A stretch of DNA of 61,423 nucleotides from a virus (taxonomy: Duplodnaviria > Caudoviricetes). This document shows, one piece after another, positions 10,006-18,309 of the stretch. The stretch is from IMG/VR virus record IMGVR_UViG_3300037423_001240, positions 1 to 61,423 of that record; one strand, 5' to 3'. Position 1 is the first letter of the stretch. The number at the start of each line of letters is the position of its first letter. The notes under the pieces are model-generated. The model did no database searches. It had not been told where the DNA came from and was given only the letters and a program-made list of their open reading frames with translations. Made by a program: the position numbers and the translations under genes.

Positions 10006-10287
10006 TCAGCTCGCCTTCCGCTCGGCCGAGTCGAGAGACAGGCAGAAACGCGCGTGCTTGATCGCCGTCTTCGCGGCGCGGTACCGGGCCAGCGTCGGGC
10101 GGTTCATGAACGCGACGAGTCGTTCCTGCGCGGCACCCCACAGGTCCGCTCCAAGCGCGCCGTGACCGAAGCTCTCGTAGAACAACGCGTCGAGATCGTC
10201 GTGAAGCCGATCGAACGCAGCATCGACGGCGAGGCGGTAGCCACCAGCGGCGATGATGAGGATGACGACGAGTGCGAAGGGCAGCAT
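10006..10287 (-). CDS. Hypothetical membrane-anchored protein
   Basis: Hydrophobic N-terminus MLPFALVVILIIAAGG; RBS GAGGT. Confidence 0.6.
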   Translation of the reverse strand: MLPFALVVILIIAAGGYRLAVDAAFDRLHDDLDALFYESFGHGALGADLWGAAQERLVAFMNRPTLARYRAAKTAIKHARFCLSLDSAERKAS

Positions 10288-10290
10288 CGT

Positions 10291-11217
10291 TCAAACCTCG
10301 CTGCCGTCTTGAATGTCGAAGCGAAGCGGGCTGGACTTGTCGGCGACGCTTGCCAAGAACGCGCGGCGGCGCACCGGATCCACCGACTCGACGTACAGCT
10401 TCCACGCGCGGTCGCCCGCGGCACGCAGTTCCATCATTGCGGCGAACGTCTCGCGGATCTTCAACCGCACCGCGTCGATCTCGCGTGCGGCGGCCTCAGC
10501 ACCGGGGCGACGCACGAGGGTGCTCAACCACGCGTCGATGATGAACAGCGACTCGCCGTCGATGTGCGACGGTTTGTGGGCGGCGGTGAGTTCGTCGAGC
10601 TGCGCGCACAGGCAATCACGCTCCGCGGTCATCTTGCGCAGCGCGATCGTGTCGGGGTGGGTCTGAATGGCGGTGGAGTGCGCAGCGAGTGCGGCGTACG
10701 CGGCGGCCATGCTCGCGTGCGAGAACTCCATGCCGTGGTTCACGTGCATCGTCACAGTCGGCTTCGGCGGCGTGACTCTGGTGTCGACGCCGTTCGTGCG
10801 CGCGAAGCCGGAGCGGGGCGGAAGTGCCTTGATACGCTCGCCGATGTTGCGCCACGGTTCTTCGTAGTTCAGCCACACACCGCGACCGGCGTAGGCGTCT
10901 ACGATCTCGGCGGCGCTACTTCGGCTCCAGTGCGTGCCGTCCTTGCACTCAACCGCCATGATCGTGGCGATGATCGACTCGCGCGTGTCGGCCGCAACGA
11001 TGCGCAGCCCGGTGCCGTGGCAGTGAGGGCACGAGTTGCAGGCGAACTCGTACCAGTTGCCGCCCCCGGCACCGGAGTAGCCGGTAGCGGTGACGGTGGT
11101 GATTCCGTCGGTGCCGCCGAGTACGGCCGTCTCGCCGTAGATGCGGGCAACGCACTCGCACCGCTTCGACGTCTCGTCCGTAGCCGTGCAGATCTCTTTC
11201 GCGTTCGTCTCGTTCAT
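10291..11217 (-). CDS. Hypothetical protein with CxxCxGxG motif
   Basis: RBS AGGGG; CPHCHGTG. Confidence 0.65.
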   Translation of the reverse strand: MNETNAKEICTATDETSKRCECVARIYGETAVLGGTDGITTVTATGYSGAGGGNWYEFACNSCPHCHGTGLRIVAADTRESIIATIMAVECKDGTHWSRSSAAEIVDAYAGRGVWLNYEEPWRNIGERIKALPPRSGFARTNGVDTRVTPPKPTVTMHVNHGMEFSHASMAAAYAALAAHSTAIQTHPDTIALRKMTAERDCLCAQLDELTAAHKPSHIDGESLFIIDAWLSTLVRRPGAEAAAREIDAVRLKIRETFAAMMELRAAGDRAWKLYVESVDPVRRRAFLASVADKSSPLRFDIQDGSEV

Positions 11218-11238
11218 CGTTCCCCTTCTCTTTCTCTT

Positions 11239-11595
11239 TCAGCGTGTCGACGCGGTGAGGCGGGTGCGGCGTGCGGTGCGAGCTGCGTTCGCGCGATGGC
11301 GCGGCAGTCGCGCACGCGGGTACGCATGCGCCGTCGCGATGGCTCGTTCCGGACTCGCGTCGAACTCGCCGACGAACACGAGCACGTCGAACGAAATCGC
11401 GAACCACTCACCGTCGGGCAGTGCTTCGTGCGCGAGGTGCCGGTCGATCGCGGCTTCGTCGTCGCGGGTTCCGGGCTCGTATGTCGAGAGCACGATCGTA
11501 CGCAGCGCACGCATGCGCTGGCGAAGAGTGCGTTCGTCCGACGTCCAGCCGATCTTGACCTGCGCTCGCGCGACGCTGAGAGCTACGTACAGCAT
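11239..11595 (-). CDS. GIY-YIG/T5orf172-like protein
   Basis: LYV..VKIGWT..R..E..GEWF. Confidence 0.7.
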   Translation of the reverse strand: MLYVALSVARAQVKIGWTSDERTLRQRMRALRTIVLSTYEPGTRDDEAAIDRHLAHEALPDGEWFAISFDVLVFVGEFDASPERAIATAHAYPRARLPRHRANAARTARRTRLTASTR

Positions 11596-11598
11596 CGC

Positions 11599-12243
11599 TC
11601 AGGCCGTCTCGGCGAGGGTGGTGTTGGCGGCGACGGCGTCAGCAGTGGCGGCGACGATCGCGGCGCGCTGCTCACGTTCGGCGACGATCTGACGACGGCG
11701 ACCCTCGGCAACGTTCGCGCGCTGCTTCTTCGTGAGCGGCTTCCGCATGTAGCCCTTCGCCGGGGCGAACAGTTCCTCGCCCGTGATTCCGAGTGCGAGG
11801 CGCGTGATGATGGTGGTGCGTGCGACGCCAGCGATGTCTGCGATCTCCTGCGTCGACATCCGTACGCCGTTGATCTCGTGAGTCACACGGGGCCGACCGC
11901 CGCCGCGCCTCGCAGATCCGCCCGGCATGCCACCGCGCTCTTGATTGCACCGCTGCTCTACGTACGTCGCCCACCGCACGTTGCCGGGTTCGTAGTGCCC
12001 GTCGTTGTCGATGCGGTCGAGCGAGTGACTGCGCGAGGGGCGGGCTCCGACGTGCGCGAAGAACGCGTCGAAACTATGACGCCACTCCGTGCACATGCGG
12101 ATGCCACGACCGCCGTAGCGCGCGAAGTTCGGGTTGCGCGGGTTCTCGCAGCGGCCGATGATGTTCGTCCACGCCATGTACTCTGGCGTGCGAACGCGGG
12201 TGCCTCGCGGACCGACGAAGGAAGCGCGTACACGATGGGTCAT
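11599..12243 (-). CDS. HNH homing endonuclease-like protein with C-terminal HTH
   Basis: RC..YGGRGI..SLDRIDNDGHYEPGNVRWAT. Confidence 0.85.
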   Translation of the reverse strand: MTHRVRASFVGPRGTRVRTPEYMAWTNIIGRCENPRNPNFARYGGRGIRMCTEWRHSFDAFFAHVGARPSRSHSLDRIDNDGHYEPGNVRWATYVEQRCNQERGGMPGGSARRGGGRPRVTHEINGVRMSTQEIADIAGVARTTIITRLALGITGEELFAPAKGYMRKPLTKKQRANVAEGRRRQIVAEREQRAAIVAATADAVAANTTLAETA

Positions 12244-12246
12244 CTC

Positions 12247-12579
12247 TCAACCCACCTTCGCGGGCGTGGTCGTGTCGTTCGACGGCGCGAACGGCGTGAT
12301 CGCCTTCAGCTCGTCACGCTCGGCATTGGTGAGCCACGACTTCGCGGGCACGTCCTTCGCCGTGTAGCGTTCGATCCGATCGCGCACGTCGTGCTTCGGC
12401 CGGTACACGCCGTCGCGGAACGCGATGAGTGCGGCGCGACTCACGCCGAGCACCTTCGCGGCTTGCGTCAGCGATGGCGCACCAACGCGTCCGAGCCACG
12501 CGGCGAGCAGTTCACGACCCTTGGTTTCGAACTTCGGAGTCGTCGTGTTCGACGCTTCGTCTGAAGGTTTACTCTCCAT
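12247..12579 (-). CDS. Cro-like HTH regulator
   Basis: SLTQAAKVLGVSRAAL..G..P; divergent from the repressor gene. Confidence 0.75.
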   Translation of the reverse strand: MESKPSDEASNTTTPKFETKGRELLAAWLGRVGAPSLTQAAKVLGVSRAALIAFRDGVYRPKHDVRDRIERYTAKDVPAKSWLTNAERDELKAITPFAPSNDTTTPAKVG

Positions 12580-12595
12580 GGCTACCCCGGAGGAT

Positions 12596-12607
12596 AGTAA
12601 CCTTACT
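12596..12607. promoter_or_regulatory. Putative repressor operator AGTAA-CC-TTACT
   Basis: Palindrome between cro and repressor; same core recurs at 14505 and 14553. Confidence 0.75.
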
Positions 12608-12694
12608 CGCGCTGCACAAGGGGGTGACGAGCGAATTTCGAAGGCGCGTCACGGTCGACCTACTTTACCCCTCGTCGTCTTACGGTCTTCGCCA

Positions 12695-13234
12695 ATGAAA
12701 CCGGAGGTTTCTGACGCGGTGGCTTGGTACGTCCGCGAGGTGCTCTCGAAGTGGATGGAGGACCATCCGAACGAGACGAAGGCCTCACTCGCTCGCACGA
12801 TGGACGTCACCAAGATGACGACGGGCAAGATCCTAAACGGCGAGGCACGCCCTGGACTCGCCGCATCTCAGAAGACCGCCGAGCTGGTTGGCATGGACTG
12901 GAAGCGGTTTCAGGCTCTCGCCGCAACGGAGTATCGCGCGCGGGGCGAGCGCGAGATGCGGACCGAGATGGACGACCGCTATCCGAACCGCGCAGCCGTG
13001 CTCAAGGTGCTCGCTGCCGAGCTGCACCCGGAGACGGTCGTTCGCGCGAAGAAGATCGCACTCAAGAGTGTCAGCGACATGATGGCGTCCGAGTGGATCG
13101 ACGACATCCGCGCGCTCGACCGTCAGGTCCGCCGTGAACTCGCGAACCCCGACCATGCGAAACGTGAACGCGAAGCGAAGCGCAAAGAAGTAGAAGCCGC
13201 ACTCGAGGAGGAGGATACTGACCGTCCTCGTTAA
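12695..13234 (+). CDS. CI/ImmR-like HTH repressor without autopeptidase domain
   Basis: TKASLARTMDVTKMTTGKILNGEARPG XRE-type HTH; divergent from cro; followed by ImmA-like gene. Confidence 0.75.
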   Translation: MKPEVSDAVAWYVREVLSKWMEDHPNETKASLARTMDVTKMTTGKILNGEARPGLAASQKTAELVGMDWKRFQALAATEYRARGEREMRTEMDDRYPNRAAVLKVLAAELHPETVVRAKKIALKSVSDMMASEWIDDIRALDRQVRRELANPDHAKREREAKRKEVEAALEEEDTDRPR

Positions 13235-13833
13235 TGGAGCGGTTCGAGATCGATGGCGTTGCGGTCGCGACGTACGAGCGCGCAGGGTTCGACCCGTCGA
13301 AGCCAGTCGACCCAACACGGCTCGCGCTGAACCTCCCCGGCTTCGACGTCGAGTTCGCGACGGACATGAAGCGACCCGCGCAGCTCGTTCCTGGAAGCGA
13401 CGGACGATGGCTCATTCGCATCCGTCAGAACGCCACACCGAAACAACGTCGATGGCTTGCGGGTCACGAACTAGGTGAGTCGATCATCGCTGACGCGCGC
13501 ATCGTGTCGCCGTACGTCGAACAGTACGCGGACAACTTCGGCGCCGCGTTGTGCCTTCCGCGACCCGCGATGCACGCACTTCGGTACACGCTCGGTGAGA
13601 ACTTCGCCGCGATCGCGATGCACACGAAGCTGACCGAGACGATCGTCGCGCTTCGCTTCGGTGAGGTGTTTGATGCTGCCGTCGCGATCATTATGCCGGG
13701 GCGTGTGAAACGTATCGGCGAGATGCCACCGGACCACGAGCTGCGGAAGATCGCGAGGGCGGGTGGATGCCGTGGCGTGCGGGCGATTAGGTTTACCGAC
13801 TCCAATCGCGTCGCTCTCATCTCGCAGGACTGA
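13234..13833 (+). CDS. ImmA/IrrE-family metallopeptidase (HExxE variant)
   Basis: RRWLAGHELGE..EQYADNFGAALCLP; TAATG overlap with repressor. Confidence 0.8.
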   Translation: MERFEIDGVAVATYERAGFDPSKPVDPTRLALNLPGFDVEFATDMKRPAQLVPGSDGRWLIRIRQNATPKQRRWLAGHELGESIIADARIVSPYVEQYADNFGAALCLPRPAMHALRYTLGENFAAIAMHTKLTETIVALRFGEVFDAAVAIIMPGRVKRIGEMPPDHELRKIARAGGCRGVRAIRFTDSNRVALISQD

Positions 13834-13897
13834 ACGCATGTAATCCGCTGCGACGGTGGAGTGATGAGCCCTGTGATCATCGGCGACACTCGCTCGC

Positions 13898-14164
13898 ATG
13901 GAAGTATTCATCGCAGGATGGTTCGTGTGTGGCCTCATCGCCGCAGCGATCGGTGCGCGCAAGGGTGAGGGGTGCACAGGGTTCATCGTCGGCGCGATCT
14001 TCGGTCCGCTCGGCATCCTCTTCGCGCTGTTGTCGAGCGGTAATCGCGTCGACTGCGCCTTCTGCCGCGAAAAGGTGATGAAGGCAGCGCTTCTGTGTCC
14101 CCACTGCAAGAAGCCGGGACCAGGTGCGAAAGACGCGATGGATGCAGGGCGGTGGCCGTCGTGA
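13898..14164 (+). CDS. Small two-TM membrane protein with zinc ribbon
   Basis: Two hydrophobic helices then CAFCRE..CPHC. Confidence 0.75.
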   Translation: MEVFIAGWFVCGLIAAAIGARKGEGCTGFIVGAIFGPLGILFALLSSGNRVDCAFCREKVMKAALLCPHCKKPGPGAKDAMDAGRWPS

Positions 14165-14331
14165 GGCTCGCGCTGCTCATCGCCGCCGTGCTGTCGCTTG
14201 CGGGGTGCTACTCGCCATCGCGTGAGGAGCCGCAACGCGGGTGCTGCTCACGTCACGGTGGCGTCTGTGGATGCCGTCGTCATCAGGTGCAGTGCTGTGA
14301 CGGCACCAGTTCACCGAGCTGTGGGTGCTGA
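14161..14331 (+). CDS. Small Cys-rich lipoprotein
   Basis: GTGA-coupled; lipobox LAGC; CCSRHGGVCGC..CCDGTSSPSCGC. Confidence 0.65.
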   Translation: MRLALLIAAVLSLAGCYSPSREEPQRGCCSRHGGVCGCRRHQVQCCDGTSSPSCGC

Positions 14332-14504
14332 CGTAGATCTCCGCCGCCTAGCCGCGGGCCCGGCCACGCGACCCAACACGCTGTTACCCCAGTAATCCGG
14401 CCTCCGCACCCCGGGCGCGAGCTTCCGCGCGCGTGCCGCAGATCAGTGCGAAACGTCAAGGGCACCCCTGCGCCCTATCCATGTAGGTGTGTGTCCTACG
14501 ATTT

Positions 14505-14514
14505 GTAAGGTTAC
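14505..14514. promoter_or_regulatory. Putative operator GTAAGGTTAC
   Basis: Reverse complement of the operator core GTAACCTTAC. Confidence 0.65.
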
Positions 14515-14552
14515 TAGTCGAATTCGACGCCTGCCCCCTTCCCATCGCTAGC

Positions 14553-14566
14553 GAGTAACCTTACTC
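14553..14566. promoter_or_regulatory. Putative operator GAGTAA-CC-TTACTC
   Basis: Palindrome upstream of the rightward early operon. Confidence 0.75.
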
Positions 14567-14624
14567 TCCTTCTCACACCGCGACCCCACCCCGCGGCGAA
14601 CACGAAGAGAGGAAGACGAAGCAC

Positions 14625-14828
14625 ATGGGCAGCAACACCACAGCAACGGCGGTCTTCGAAGCGATGCGAGCGGTAGCGCGCGGCGACGAGAGTGCAGCCC
14701 GCACGATCTTGGCAGACGCCGCGAAGGCGCTTCGTGTGAGTGCGATCGTTGGTAAGGCGGATGTGAGCACGGCGACCGCGCTGGCGGTTGAGTGCATGGA
14801 CCTCCGCGCGAAGGCGGTGTCGCTGTGA
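14625..14828 (+). CDS. Hypothetical protein, first gene of rightward early operon
   Basis: Upstream purine-rich RBS; coupled to next gene. Confidence 0.6.
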   Translation: MGSNTTATAVFEAMRAVARGDESAARTILADAAKALRVSAIVGKADVSTATALAVECMDLRAKAVSL

Positions 14829-15154
14829 TCGCCGCCCGCAAGATCGCGGAGAGCACCGCGCCGGTCGTCGCCAACGACGTCACTAGCGCCACTGACACCT
14901 CGCCGGTGATCGTCGGCCGTCGCGTCACGCTGAGCATCGGTGGGATGCACACGACCGGCACGCTCGGCTGCGACGAAGGCCTCTGGTACCTGCACGACGT
15001 TCGTGGCTTCCGCCGCCACGTGCAGAAGCTCGTGCGCGTCGGGTGCGAAGCGGAGATCGCCAAGCACGCAATCGCGTGGGACCCGTGTCGCGACTGTGGG
15101 GCGGATGCGAGGGAGAGCTGCGATCCGACGTGTCGGATCGGTGGTGCGCGATGA
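14825..15154 (+). CDS. Hypothetical protein
   Basis: GTGA-coupled; C-terminal CxxC. Confidence 0.55.
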   Translation: MIAARKIAESTAPVVANDVTSATDTSPVIVGRRVTLSIGGMHTTGTLGCDEGLWYLHDVRGFRRHVQKLVRVGCEAEIAKHAIAWDPCRDCGADARESCDPTCRIGGAR

Positions 15155-15483
15155 ACGCGATGACCATCGAACGCCTCGTCGTGAGCGCGCGCCGTCTCGC
15201 GAAGGAATCGCAGCACGTCGTGTACGCCGCAGCGCTGTGCGAGGGCACGCGTGACGCGAAGGTGCTGTCGCTCTGCTGTGGATGTGCGGAGTCGCGCTTC
15301 GGGTCGTTCATCGTGCCGACCAGCTACACGGACGCGGCTGTGTGGTCCCCGGCCGCGTTCCGTCTGCCGCGTGGCGGCGAGTGCATGGGGTGCTCGTACG
15401 TGGGCCACGACTGTCTCTTGGTGCTCCCGGATGGCGTCGACCTCCGGGTGTTGGATGCGATCGAACTGGAGGCGCTTTCATGA
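15151..15483 (+). CDS. Hypothetical Cys-rich protein
   Basis: ATGA-coupled on both sides. Confidence 0.6.
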   Translation: MNAMTIERLVVSARRLAKESQHVVYAAALCEGTRDAKVLSLCCGCAESRFGSFIVPTSYTDAAVWSPAAFRLPRGGECMGCSYVGHDCLLVLPDGVDLRVLDAIELEALS

Positions 15484-15962
15484 ACTCACACATCACCATC
15501 GGCACGCGCGTCCGCGAACTCACCACCGGTCGCATTGGCGTGGTCATGGAGTACCTCGCTCCGGTTGTCGACGGCGACGCGACGCATCGGGTCACGTTCG
15601 ACGACGTGGGTGTGATGCCCAGCGGACACCCCGTCTACACATCGGCGTGGTTCCCTGAATCCGCCCTCGTTGAAGCTGACACCCGCGACGACGAGCCCGT
15701 CACCGACGAGCAGACCGCGTGGCTCGTGTGGGGCGGGTACTTCAAGAACACGACGGCGGACGACCGCGAGAACATCGTGGGGGCGGCAAGAGGGGGCGTG
15801 CGTCTGCTGCACCCGAAGGCAAACCTGCGTATGGCGACACTCGCACGCATGGGCCTCGTCGTGCGCGACACGCGCTCGCCCGCGTGGCTCGCGACGCCAC
15901 TGGGGATCGCGTTCGCGGCGTGGTTGGAGAGCGTGCGTGTTGGGGAAGGGGTGATGGCGTGA
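15480..15962 (+). CDS. Hypothetical protein
   Basis: RBS GGAGG; coupled. Confidence 0.65.
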   Translation: MNSHITIGTRVRELTTGRIGVVMEYLAPVVDGDATHRVTFDDVGVMPSGHPVYTSAWFPESALVEADTRDDEPVTDEQTAWLVWGGYFKNTTADDRENIVGAARGGVRLLHPKANLRMATLARMGLVVRDTRSPAWLATPLGIAFAAWLESVRVGEGVMA

Positions 15963-16270
15963 TGGCGCGCGTCGCGGCTCAGATCCGCTCCTTTCAGACG
16001 ACAGGCATAAGCGCTGGCCTCTACGGGCGCGACGTGACGCCCGAATACTGGGACTCGCAGGTCGCGTCTTTCGCCACGGTCGTTCGCGAGTACGGCATCG
16101 AACTCAGCGCGCATCCATGGTTCGCGGAGATATGGGGAGTGGCGCGCGAGGGCGCCGGTCTGGTTCGCGACCGAAAGCGAAACCTCAAAGCGGCACTCCG
16201 TAGCGCTGGCTTCGACGTGATGCCGGAGAGCGCGAACCCATACGACTACGCGAAGGGGCGTGCGGCATGA
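15962..16270 (+). CDS. Hypothetical protein
   Basis: TGATG-coupled. Confidence 0.6.
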   Translation: MARVAAQIRSFQTTGISAGLYGRDVTPEYWDSQVASFATVVREYGIELSAHPWFAEIWGVAREGAGLVRDRKRNLKAALRSAGFDVMPESANPYDYAKGRAA

Positions 16271-16431
16271 GCCAGGAATTGGAGTGCATCGACTGTGGCG
16301 CCGCGACTGACGTTCCGCCCGACGCTGATGGTCTGTTCACAGACGGGACGAGGATCACGTGTGGATGCGGGCACGTGAACGTTCTGGTCGTCGATGAAGA
16401 CGGCGTTCGGTTCGCCGAGGAGGCTTGGTGA
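16267..16431 (+). CDS. Small zinc-ribbon protein (54 aa)
   Basis: MSQELECIDCG..CGCG; coupled both sides; below ORF-track size cutoff. Confidence 0.55.
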   Translation: MSQELECIDCGAATDVPPDADGLFTDGTRITCGCGHVNVLVVDEDGVRFAEEAW

Positions 16432-16724
16432 TGAGCGCAATCGATGAAGTGAGGGAACACCTCACGCAACTGCGCGAGAACAACGCGACGAGCGGACGCG
16501 GCAGCAACCGCTTCGTGATGAAGCACATGCGTGGGATCGCACGTCACGCCGAAGCTCTGTGCAGTCTCGCCGAGGCAGCGCGGGCGTACCGCGAGGCGCA
16601 CGCGGCGTGGAAGGCAGCTCGCGAGTCCGAGGGCCGCGATGGTGATGCATGGGGCGTGTTCAAGGCGCGCCGCGAAGGTCTCTTCAGCGTACTCGCTCGC
16701 GTGGAAGGCGCGTCATCGCCATGA
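16431..16724 (+). CDS. Hypothetical protein
   Basis: RBS GGAGG; coupled. Confidence 0.6.
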   Translation: MSAIDEVREHLTQLRENNATSGRGSNRFVMKHMRGIARHAEALCSLAEAARAYREAHAAWKAARESEGRDGDAWGVFKARREGLFSVLARVEGASSP

Positions 16725-16939
16725 GCGGCCGCACCACGTCGCACTGCGACGACAGCTCCTCCGCCACGCTGCGCTTCAACCTGAAGGTCGCGGCCGACGA
16801 ACTCGGGCGATCTCACCTCGGCGAACTGATCACCCGGTTCGACGCGGCGGGCCTGGAATCGATCCGCACGTTCCTGGTGCTCTCGCTGCGAAACCGCATC
16901 GAGGTCCTCAGCGAAGCGCTGGCGAGGATCGAGCGATGA
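16721..16939 (+). CDS. Hypothetical protein
   Basis: ATGA-coupled. Confidence 0.55.
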   Translation: MSGRTTSHCDDSSSATLRFNLKVAADELGRSHLGELITRFDAAGLESIRTFLVLSLRNRIEVLSEALARIER

Positions 16940-17160
16940 ATGCGCCGCGAGTGCAGACAACGCTCGCGTTGCGGCGGAGTAGCGACGGACGTGTGCGCAC
17001 ATCCCCGAGTGCCATCCGCGAGGCGATGGCAGCGCTACGCAGCGACGCGCTAGCGGGCGACGCACGCGCGTCCCGCATCTACTGCGCGCTCTGGTGGGAG
17101 CTGACGCTGATGAACGCAATGAGTGACGAAGAAGTGACGACGAGAGGAAGGCAACGATGA
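16936..17160 (+). CDS. Hypothetical protein
   Basis: ATGA-coupled. Confidence 0.55.
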   Translation: MNAPRVQTTLALRRSSDGRVRTSPSAIREAMAALRSDALAGDARASRIYCALWWELTLMNAMSDEEVTTRGRQR

Positions 17161-18305
17161 CTATCGAACTGCACAACAAGAGCACCAACGGCAGCGGACT
17201 CACGACGACGGACACGATGGCGCCGCGCCGCGCGAACGACAACGCGAGTGCTGGCGCGTACGAGCCGGGCTCGCTGCGCGACGCGATCGAGTTGGCTCGC
17301 ATGATGGCGGGGTCCGACCTCGTTCCGCGCGCACTCCGCAACAGTCCCGCAAACATCACGCTCGTCGTGATGGCGGGGAAGGAGATGGGCCTCGGCTTCA
17401 CGCAGAGCATGCGCATGCTCCACGTGGTCGACGGCAAGATCGTGTCCGCGGCGGACCTCATCGTCGCGATGGTGAAGCGCTCGCCTGAGTGCCTCTTCTT
17501 CCGCATGGTGGAGAGCACCGACAAGGTCGCGAGCTACGAGACGCAGCGGCGTGGGGACCCCGGTCCGACAAAGCTCTCGTACACGATCGAGCAGGCGCAG
17601 CGCGCGGGTTTGGCCGGTAAGGACAACTGGAAGAAACACCCCGAAGCAATGCTGCGAGCGCGGTGCTCCGCTGCACTCGCCCGCATCGCGTTCCCCGACC
17701 TTGCGGCCGGGATGTACGACACCGACGAAGGGGACGAGATCCAGCGCAGGGCGGACAACGGTCCGACCTTCGGCGAGGCGATGCACAACGTCGCGGTGCG
17801 TGCGGACGTGCAGCGCGCCGACGCAACAAACGCGACTAGGTCTCAGCCGCTCGCGGATCTCATCAAGCGCGTGACCGACGCGACCACGGTGCCCGTGCTG
17901 CGAGCGGTGGCGCGCGAAGTGTCGCAGCCGTTCGCGAAGGACAGCGCCGAATACAAGGCGATCCTCGACGCGTTCAACGCACGCATGCGCGAGATCGAAG
18001 CGGCCGAGAAGAACGGCGCGGACCCGCGCACTGGCGAAGTCATCGAGACGGGTGAGCACGAACCAGCGCCCGCGGCGTGGACCATCGAGAAGTGGACCGA
18101 GCACATGGCAGCGAAGACGAACCGCTACGAGGTAGCCAACAGCTTCGCGAAGCACGAGAGCGAACTCGAGGCGGCTGGCATCCACGGCCCCGCATCCGAC
18201 GTCTCCATCGATCGCTTGCGCGCTCTCGGTCTGGACGAAGCGCACGCTGTCGAAGCCATCGCCAAGACGAGCGATATGAAGAACACGAAGAAGGGTGCGG
18301 CGTAG
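17157..18305 (+). CDS. RecT-like single-strand annealing recombinase
   Basis: GKEMGLG..HVVDGK..NWKKHPEAMLRAR..AFPD..GMYDTDE. Confidence 0.8.
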   Translation: MTIELHNKSTNGSGLTTTDTMAPRRANDNASAGAYEPGSLRDAIELARMMAGSDLVPRALRNSPANITLVVMAGKEMGLGFTQSMRMLHVVDGKIVSAADLIVAMVKRSPECLFFRMVESTDKVASYETQRRGDPGPTKLSYTIEQAQRAGLAGKDNWKKHPEAMLRARCSAALARIAFPDLAAGMYDTDEGDEIQRRADNGPTFGEAMHNVAVRADVQRADATNATRSQPLADLIKRVTDATTVPVLRAVAREVSQPFAKDSAEYKAILDAFNARMREIEAAEKNGADPRTGEVIETGEHEPAPAAWTIEKWTEHMAAKTNRYEVANSFAKHESELEAAGIHGPASDVSIDRLRALGLDEAHAVEAIAKTSDMKNTKKGAA

Positions 18306-18309
18306 ACAC

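Noticed and set aside
9508-12564. 1018-aa plus-strand ORF as a stand-alone gene
   Set aside because: It lies in exact antisense register to six minus-strand genes, has R/V/A-rich shadow composition and no motifs. Kept only as evidence for the in-frame chain finding.
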